A DNA stretch of 64,000 nucleotides from NCBI RefSeq assembly GCF_001194135.2, contig NC_068988.1:4743179-4807178 (forward strand), written 5' to 3'. The stretch comes from Octopus bimaculoides. Its lineage: Eukaryota. Under the pieces are notes generated by a model that saw only the letters and a list, made by a program, of their open reading frames with translations, was not told where the DNA came from and ran no database searches. Below, piece by piece: positions 55,767 through 64,000 of this stretch. A program made the position numbers and the translations under genes. The first letter of the stretch is position 1, and each line of letters begins with the position of its first letter.

Positions 55767-55857
55767 CTTATGTCTTTATCATATCGAGGTTTCAATTCAA
55801 CGGTCACTGAATTGTCGGAGTGATTTATTATCTTGGGATTGTGTGGTGTGAGTGGGG
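55767..55857 (-). CDS. RPTP exon 5: start of membrane-proximal FN3-like domain, (A)PLTPHNPKIINHSDNSVTVELKPRYDKDI
   Basis: Not in the ORF track. Acceptor ttttcaattccag, donor AG|GTAAAT; 91 nt, phase 1 to 2, matching both neighbours. P..P.I...s..SVTV.L.P pattern. Confidence 0.88.
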
Positions 55858-56473
55858 CTGGAATTGAAAATCATTCAAAGAAATAAATACAGACACAGAA
55901 AACTAAAGAAACGTTGCTTCATCAAACCAGCAACATTTAGTTTAAGTAAAATGGGATCTTTATGTAGATAGCATTGTTTTACAGAAAGAAATTAATACAG
56001 AGTTCTAGTGTTACAAAGATGGAAACAAACCATCATCGGTCCTCAAGCACTGGGGCCCAATCACAGAAACACACACGGATACATATATATTCGACAGGCT
56101 TCTACACACTCTCTGTTTGCTAAATTCAACCGTATGGCAGTGGTCGACCATGGCTTATAGAAAAATCACTTGCCAAAGGTACCGTGCATCGGAACTGAAC
56201 TGGAAAACACGTTATATATTTCAACACAACCAGTTTTACTAAAAATATGAAGAGGTCATCAACTAATCTACACTCATTATATCGGGCTATGAAAATATTG
56301 ACAATTCTCAAGAACTAAAGAATTTGCCTGTAGTCAATTTCAAACACGTTCTTGAAGCATTCGTAATCCTTCAAAATACCCTTATGCCTCGGTATGGATA
56401 AAAAATTCGAAAAATTTTTCATCTACAATAGGTGAATAATACATGAAGAAGTAAATTGAAAGACTAACGATAC

Positions 56474-56669
56474 CTTTTCCTTTAGTCCATACAATTAACT
56501 GTCGCCGTTGTCCACTTCCTTTACTCGTACTGGCATTAATACTACAGTCGTACTCAGTCGCTGGATGCAAATTTTCTACCGTTTGAGTAAACACTTTTGA
56601 AGGTATCTTAAAGACACCTCCTGAATATGGCTTATTCTTCATCATACTGTCAGCAGAATGGCAGGAGAG
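56474..56669 (-). CDS. RPTP exon 4: second half of second FN3, LSCHSADSMMKNKPYSGGVFKIPSKVFTQTVENLHPATEYDCSINASTSKGSGQRRQLIVWTKGK
   Basis: FN3 motif vENLhPaTeY...i.AsTskG.G. Acceptor ttgttttgtag, donor G|GTATCG; 196 nt, phase 0 to 1. Confidence 0.9.
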
Positions 56670-57227
56670 CTACAAAACAATAATGAATGAAACTATTAAT
56701 ATAGAACAATTTTATATTAACAGATTAAATGTTTAGTTAAGGCCAATTTGCATCATTTATGAGATAGATATATAGTATTGAACATTTATGTTGAGGCTAA
56801 TTTAGGTGAAAAGATGCAAACAAAAAAAAACAAAAAAGAAATGAACAGAAAGTCAGGAACTGAGAAACGAAATACATTGTTTTATTTTTTAAATATTATG
56901 AAACTTTTAAATGATAAAGAACTTTGTGATAAAATTGCTCGAGATCCAATTGGGTTTTGTTTTAGTTAATTATGCTAAAATATAAGAATTACGTTATTTA
57001 TGTTTATCAAATTTCATTCAAAGCATTGTCAATGGAGCTTCAAATTGATATTGAAAAGAAAAACAGAGTTGTTTTCGTATCTTATGAATCCAGATAATCT
57101 GATACATAGACAATAGCTTTGAGATTCTTTACACATGCAATGTCTCATGAGATATGATGCATATTCAATGCAAAATTGTGAGTAAATAGTCGCGTTAAAC
57201 AACAAATAGAAGCAGCACAAAACCTAC

Positions 57228-57334
57228 CATGAAGAACAGAATATTTCCATTGGGGTGCGGTGGTTCACTCCACTGAAGTGTAATGGAATTGAATGTTCTA
57301 CTTATATTCTTGAACATTCCTACCGGGCCGGGTA
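57228..57334 (-). CDS. RPTP exon 3: first half of second FN3, (L)PGPVGMFKNISRTFNSITLQWSEPPHPNGNILFFM
   Basis: FN3 motif SITLQW.PP..PNG.I. Acceptor attttccag, donor ATG|GTAGGT; 107 nt, phase 1 to 0. Confidence 0.93.
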
Positions 57335-58901
57335 CTGGAAAATATTTTCGAGTAGTCTTATAGAGAATTGCAAAATATATAGACAAAAACAAATGACAAC
57401 ATAACAACAGAATCAGGCATACTTTTAGAAAAGAACTCAATAAACAATTCAATGAATGAAACATTTTGCTATTTTTAAAATATGCAATTATGAATAGTAG
57501 ATTTTTTTAAATCTCATTTAATGGATATTCTGTCATCATTGAATGAAGAAACTATTTAAACACCGTGAAATGGAACCCAACAACATCCACATATTTATAC
57601 AACAAATATTTATACATAGCACTTTAACAATTAATCTCCATAGAAATATATATTTACAGAATATATTTATAAATATATTACTACGTAAATATATTGAGGA
57701 ATTTTGCTGAAGAAAGTTAACCTGATACTCGTTTCTAGATACTTCTCTGTTAGTGAAGAGTTTTCCTGGATAGGTGTTAGATTACAAGAATAATGGAGAA
57801 GGTAAATGTAAATAGCAACTATAAAACTATTCACTTCCTTTTTCATCATAATGAACTGTTGGTGTTAATCCACTTGCGTACGGATGAGTGAACCGACTTT
57901 GTGAATAACCGAGCATAAACTATATCCAGAAGAGCTTATCAGTTTATCTGATGATACACTGCTTGCATTGCTGCCTTCGCTTACATAGAAGATCTCTTCC
58001 TATTCCATTTACTACTATATATTGACTTAACAGAATCGTTGGAGTTTCAGAGAAACTGCCTTGTGATACTTAGCGATGGTACTTTACTTTTTCATATTTT
58101 AGAAATGTATATTAATCTGTATAAAATGACGTGGCCTACTTTCTAAGTTACATTAAAAACATTTGTTCAAAATGACATATTTATCAAAGCATATATTATC
58201 ATATCTCAAATGAAGGACATATTATAGAATAAGTAAAGGCTTTCACTTTATAATCAATTGTTTACTGTTATTTTTTAGTCCCTTAGATAATTGAAATATT
58301 AGCCTCAAGCAGTAATGGATAGTTATCAGATTTGCATCACTGATAATGTAGATCCGGCTGAACGATTGCTGATAGATTTGGCATCCTAAAATATCGTACT
58401 ATTTAGAAACAAGATTTAAATATCTGCATTAAAATTAAAAAAACGTTTGTTTCATACGGATGAGCTTTGCTGAAAAAGAATGCTAGAAATATGCTTCCTC
58501 CTGATAAAACCAATCGAAATTCCTGTTTCAGTTCCCGATTAAGAAATATGACATAAATAAAACCATTAGAAATTGCTTTAGTCTGATATCTGCTTCATTT
58601 TCGAGAAAAATATTACATTTATGTGTCACAATTTTATATATTCAGTAAAATATGTGAAACTATATTTAGAATAAGAGATTTTCTCCAAAATCTAAGAAGT
58701 CTAAGATGAAATGTCAACTTGGTTCAGCAGTCCAAACTAAGGACAATAATGCTTTCTGTGGGAATATAAATCAAACACCGATGTATCAAGGTTTTAATTT
58801 TCTGATCCTTTTAACGTAAATTTTGAATTCTCATTCTAAACAGGCGATCGTCAAATGCAATGATTTCGGTCATTAAGTAGTTTTGTATTTGGCACTTGCA
58901 A

Positions 58902-59146
58902 CCTGAGGATTAAGTACAACTGTATCATTCGGATTAAATACAACTATATCATGGGGATTAACTACATCTATATCTTGAAAATGAAGTACATCTTTATCCT
59001 GGGAATAAGTACAACTATACCCTGAGGGCTAAGAACTACTATATCCTGAAGAGTAAGTAGCACCATATCCTGAAGAGTAATTACAATCATATCCTGAAAG
59101 TAAACTACGGCTATATCCTGATAATTAGTATAACTAGACACTGAAG
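58902..59146. repeat. Degenerate 24-bp minisatellite, ~10 copies
   Basis: Consensus about CCTGA(G/A)GATTAAGTACAACTATAT, e.g. cctgaggattaagtacaactgtat, cctgaagagtaagtagcaccatat, cctgaagagtaattacaatcatat. Confidence 0.85.
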
Positions 59147-60789
59147 ATGCTTCATCAAATCGATGATTGTAAAATATCATAACAAAATGATACAAAAATA
59201 GAAATGGGTGAAAATGGAGTATGAAAACTCAAGTAAATTAACAGCCAATGAATTTATGGCAAAAATAAGCATCAAATGAATATCTTTAAACGCTTCAGTT
59301 ATCTTTAGACATTAACATTTATGACATTTTTGTTGTTTATTCGGCTATTTTATTGTTGTTCTTTTCATAATGTACAATTTATCACATTTTCACTTGTAGG
59401 AATGTTTTCTGCAAGACATGCGCATATTCTGTAACGGTAAAAACTATGTCTTTATTATTTATATCGTTAAGTCTCGCATGTGGCTCGTTGTCATGGTACG
59501 TAATCATAAGGACTAAAATAAATACAAGTGTGAATAAATCAATTATTCGTGTCATCTCGTACAACTGGAAATAACGATAAAAGCATTTATGGAAGCGGCT
59601 TGTCGTAGGAAGTTCAAAGTTTTAACATTTTTTAATATGTAAATACTTGGAGTATTGAAGACAACTGAAGAAGTTAAACTAATTAGATGAATTCTTTATA
59701 AGCATAACTAATAATTCGATGCCTGACTGATATGCTATAACTATTCAACATAAAACTATATTTAGGGTTTCATTTCATGATATTGGGGCTTTGTGATATT
59801 CAGAATGTTAGAAAATTTTGAGCATAAAAACTGCACAGGACTAAATACATTTACAATATATTAAACATCTATACCGTATAACAAAATGGAAGCATGCAAG
59901 TTAACGTTATGTATAAGACACTTATATAATGCTTATAATTGATATATACACACCTTTTGCCTATTTTGGTTATATCATTTTTGAAAATCTTAAATTTTAT
60001 TTTTATACAATATAACAATAGCTTATAAACAATCACCCATAGTGTCCCAGAATAAAATTTCCTCTGTATTAACATCTTAGGCTTCTTAGCTTCTTTCCTC
60101 TTTAACTGGTAATTAACACCATGATTTAAAGTCTTCCCCTACTCAGCCTATTTTATAGACAGTTATTTATATCCAATTGACTATCTTAATGTCTTCTTTC
60201 CTCCCTGACGAAAAGGGGATACATATGATATTTATGACCATACGTAGCCATGAGCTGTCAACTCTAGTCGTTTAGTCAAAATAGACACAGTCTTCTAGTC
60301 TTAGATTTAGTAGTTGAAAAAGAGATAAATGCATTAGAAATGAATTACAATCCCTTATAACATTATGACCTCAATAGGCTTCATGTGATTCTTGGAAGTG
60401 TAGTCGGTTCTTAGCTACAATAGCAACAACATGAATTTCTTCCATCTTCTTGCTCTATTAAAGTATTTGAGAAAAATTATATCAATGTCTCCGACTGGTT
60501 AAAATTCTACTTATTTATTTGTGCAGCTGAAGATAGCACTGCATTACTACTTGATATCCTGCTTATATATATATATATATATATATATTGTGTGTGTGTG
60601 TATGCGTGTGTATGAAAAGGGAATGTAAGGGGGTTGAAAGTCCCGTTGCGTTGATTCTCCTCTGTTGGCTGACATTGAATTGGATTGAACGAAACACTTT
60701 GTCACATGCTTAAGAATGTGTGTAAATAACCTTATATATAAACAGAAATATGTTTTAAAAGTTTCTGGAAATTAAGACAGTGAACTTAC

Positions 60790-60859
60790 AAGACTGGTCA
60801 GTGGTAAAAGAAAGCACTTCTCCGGACTGTCCGATACCGGCACCATTAATTGAACGAAC
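60790..60859 (-). CDS. RPTP exon 2: FN3 C-terminal strands, VRSINGAGIGQSGEVLSFTTDQS
   Basis: Not in the ORF track. Matches FN3 F-G strands (V.A.N.AG.G..S....T). Acceptor ttctttggtgtag, donor T|GTAAGT; 70 nt, phase 0 to 1, bridging exons 1 and 3 exactly. Confidence 0.92.
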
Positions 60860-60995
60860 CTACACCAAAGAATTGGTTGAAAAGTATTTCGTAATTAGCA
60901 TGAATAACATCACTATAAGAAACAAATGCATGAATAAAATATAAAAAAAGCATTGTCATTGCATGCACGATGAAATAGTCAAGCTCAAGATATTT

Positions 60996-60996
<1 letters not shown>

Positions 60997-61056
<60 letters not shown>

Positions 61057-61100
61057 TTTCTTTCTTTCTTTCTCTTTCTCTCTCTCTTTCTTTCTTTCTT

Positions 61101-61131
<31 letters not shown>
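60997..61131. repeat. (CT)n/(CTTT)n microsatellite
   Basis: Directly visible; similar tracts at 31127-31222, 33126-33172, 38925-39000 and 42723-42761. Confidence 0.95.
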
Positions 61132-61959
61132 CCGAATCTGTTCACGTAATTGCAAATAGCTAACGTTCCATTGCCAGTTTAAGTAGTAATCATATAATGA
61201 TTCTTAATGATCTGAAAAGGAGTAATAGCTGGCAGCAGAAGCTATATTGCTTATTCGGGCCTCCAAGACATCCCACTTTCGATGTTATAACATGAGAAAA
61301 GATGGCTAGAGGGTTCAAGATCGGAATTCTCCCAGCAGAGCAACATGGTTCAACACCATCAGCTGGTCCATGGATGCCTTTAACGACGGACTCTCTGTTA
61401 CAAGAATTCTGAATAGGTATACAGTTTAAGGATACCCTTTTCGGTCCTGCTTGTTCCGAATTATGAAAGCCAAGGAAAACTCCTCTATAATAACGACAGA
61501 TACACACATATATGTGTGTATATGTAAATATAAAGTACATATAAGTGGGTATATAGTCAATTAGTATCTATTAGGTTACATAAGTCGTATTTAATTGATT
61601 TCAGGGGCACCGACGTCAAAGCTTTTACTGGGGCACCGATGTCAAAGCTTTTACTGGATTATATTGACTACAATACATCAGTCTGCTACTGATTTGGTCA
61701 ACTTCTCGCGGGAGAGCGACAAAAGGACGTAAACGGGCCAAAACACAGCTAGGTCGTTTTGCTCACCTTTAATAATTAAAGACACAGAAAACTCTGAGAA
61801 AATGTCCACGGACACGCGATAACACAGACACACATATATATATATGGATGGATGGATAGATGGATATAAGTGTGTGTGTGCGTGTGTGTGCGTGTGTGTA
61901 TTTACAGGTATGTATGTGTGTAAGAATGAGGTGCAATGGTGTAAAATAGATAACCTTAC

Positions 61960-62180
61960 CTGCAGTTTATAGATCGTGTATGGCTTCAAACCCGTAATAG
62001 TGTATTCATTGTAGTACCTGGAGGATTTCACCTCCAATCCTATCGCTGTCGAGCTGATTCCCCAGTACATGATCCGATATTTTGTAATATTACCTCTGGG
62101 ATTATCCGGTTGTTCCCAGCTTACAACAACTGAAGTACTCAGTCGCTTCTTTAGCATTAAATTCTTCGGCGGTGGTGGTT
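61960..62180 (-). CDS. RPTP exon 1 in window: most of an FN3 domain, (E)PPPPKNLMLKKRLSTSVVVSWEQPDNPRGNITKYRIMYWGISSTAIGLEVKSSRYYNEYTITGLKPYTIYKLQ
   Basis: FN3 signature (P..L, vSW..P..P.G.I..Y.I.Y, yTItGLkPyT.Y). Acceptor ttgcag, donor CAG|GTAAGG; 221 nt, phase 1 to 0. The upstream exon is outside the window. Confidence 0.93.
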
Positions 62181-62414
62181 CTGCAACACAGAGTATATTC
62201 AGAAAATTACAGAAACCGAAATGTCTGCACATGCATCCACCCACCTACTTACATACATACATAAACTTCTTGAAGTTTATCATTTAAGTACATATGAGCA
62301 TGTCTAGACATGCAACTATATTCATGAGAACACATACACAGTCATAAAACAAAGCATACAAATCTTCAAATATACATACATACAAAAATACCTTGTTGTT
62401 GATTTTGAAATTCC

Positions 62415-62500
62415 AATGAAGGATCATTGGATCTAGGTTAGAAACCGGCTCTTTCTCTATTGGCTCGAAATCTTGAAATAAACATAAATAATTACATACA
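62415..62500 (+). mobile_element. Short interspersed repeat, possibly a Penelope-like terminus; second copy at 27198-27265
   Basis: GATCTAGGTTAGAAACCGG...TATTGGC.CGA.A.CTT.AAATA is shared by 62430-62480 and 27198-27250; both are followed by (TACA)n. Confidence 0.5.
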
Positions 62501-64000
62501 TATAGTATGTACCATCATAAAGATCAGCTGTCCTATGATATGAATATCTCTTTGAGAATCAGAGAGAAAGAGGATAACTGGACAACTTCTAGGAAACCTC
62601 CAACACGTCTAGATTCAGATTATTCTCATTTAAACCAATAATAACAGGTACACTTGGTTTTGTGAGCAAATGCATAATTGATCAATTGGATTAGCTAGAG
62701 TTTTCAGAAAAAGAAATCAACCAACTCACACATTACAAACACAATTTGTAAGTGTAACAGTAAAAATATGCGAAGGATTTTTTATCAAGTTTAAAACGTG
62801 ACACTGATTTTGTTACCTACATTCCAATGATGAAGCTTCGTATCTTTTTTTTAGAAACCAGCATTTTCTTCCGAGAAAGATTTTAAATAATTAAAAACAG
62901 AAGAGAACATACAGATAAATACATGCATACATACATACATACATACATACATACATACATACATACATACTTACTTACATACATACATACATACATACTT
63001 ACATACATACAAATCTATAGGGATGAGCATAAGCAATTATATGCAAATATAATATAACAGACATTTAGATATATGCAAACGAACACATTTTTTTTAATGT
63101 TAATGCTTATAGAATATCAGCCTCTCTTTCGGTAAGAAGAACTAGAAATGGGTTGTAACCTGTGATAGATTTTTTAAAAAAAAACGAGGGTAACAGACAA
63201 GCTGGAAAGCGAATTCCTTAGTTGCAGGATGAGAAATAACAGTTATTTTACGAAGCGGAGATATGTTGTAGAGACTAAGGTATGTGTCACAAATGCCTAT
63301 AATAAGGAGGAATCTGTGGAGATTGATATTAGACATCAACTGTAACAGTTTGTAAAAGTATTATATTCTTACAGTTGAAAATGAACTTTGAAAAAATATG
63401 TTTACTACATACACATTATCCAATAAAACAATTTCTGAATATTTAGCAAATAATACAATTATTTGTCGAGCAGTTAGGGTACTTTATTCCATTTTATTAA
63501 TGTCATTTAAGCCATTGAAAAATATAAACGATCATCACAAGTTCATGGTTAGAAGCCTAAAATAAAGATTTTACACTTTAGCTCAGTAAACAATAATTTC
63601 CAATGAATGAGCAGTCTTAGGCGTAGCTGAAGTTTCAGTTATGTCGGAAATGTATACATAGACATGTTTGTGCATGTGTGTGTGTGTGTATATAGATAGA
63701 TAGATATGTATATATACCCATATCCATATATGTTTATATATATATATATGAATGTGTATGTATGTGTGTGTGCATGAATATATGTAAACAATATATGTAT
63801 AGATTTATTTGATTTGCAATAAGTGTGGATGTATATAGTTATATGCACATCTACACATATATTTAGCTGTTTATAGAACAATAATTTTATTAGGTTGCAA
63901 TATATCAGATTGCTTAAAGTAGAAACAGACTTCAACTTTCATTCTTAGAGAAAGCTTTTTGTCAGATTTTCTCCTGATAAAACCCATATCTGTATTGGAT

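Noticed and set aside
56463-56473. Alternative donor ATC|GTTAGT for exon 4
   Set aside because: It would be phase 0 and frameshift against exon 5, which starts in phase 1.
59382-59564. 60-aa minus ORF after a ttccag acceptor as the missing FN3 exon
   Set aside because: No FN3 features; the bridging exon is 60790-60859.

Overview
AT-rich, microsatellite-rich eukaryotic genomic DNA with 13 N-gaps, not prokaryotic. The SINE families and the (TA)n/(CA)n/(AAT)n load resemble an Octopus (cephalopod) short-read assembly; this is an inference from recalled repeat consensus sequences, not a search. The whole window lies inside one minus-strand receptor-type protein tyrosine phosphatase (RPTP) gene. 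I reconstructed 10 GT-AG exons with mutually compatible phases (62180-61960, 60859-60790, 57334-57228, 56669-56474, 55857-55767, 55469-55199, 51573-51531, 45435-45324, 44420-44320, 3915-3746; 1382 nt, about 461 codons, no stops). They encode two FN3 domains, a membrane-proximal FN3-like domain with an RKKR furin-type site, a transmembrane helix, a juxtamembrane region with a YGN motif, and the start of the D1 phosphatase wedge region. The N-terminus and the catalytic domain(s) fall outside the window. Five exons are absent from the supplied ORF track. One intron is 40.4 kb. Introns hold tRNA-derived SINEs in both orientations, decayed RTE-type LINE and Penelope-like fragments, a 51-bp and a 24-bp minisatellite, and an old ~390-bp duplication. 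Most supplied ORFs are microsatellite or N-gap artefacts. I found no convincing novel multi-gene system; findings beyond the RPTP gene are leads of modest strength.
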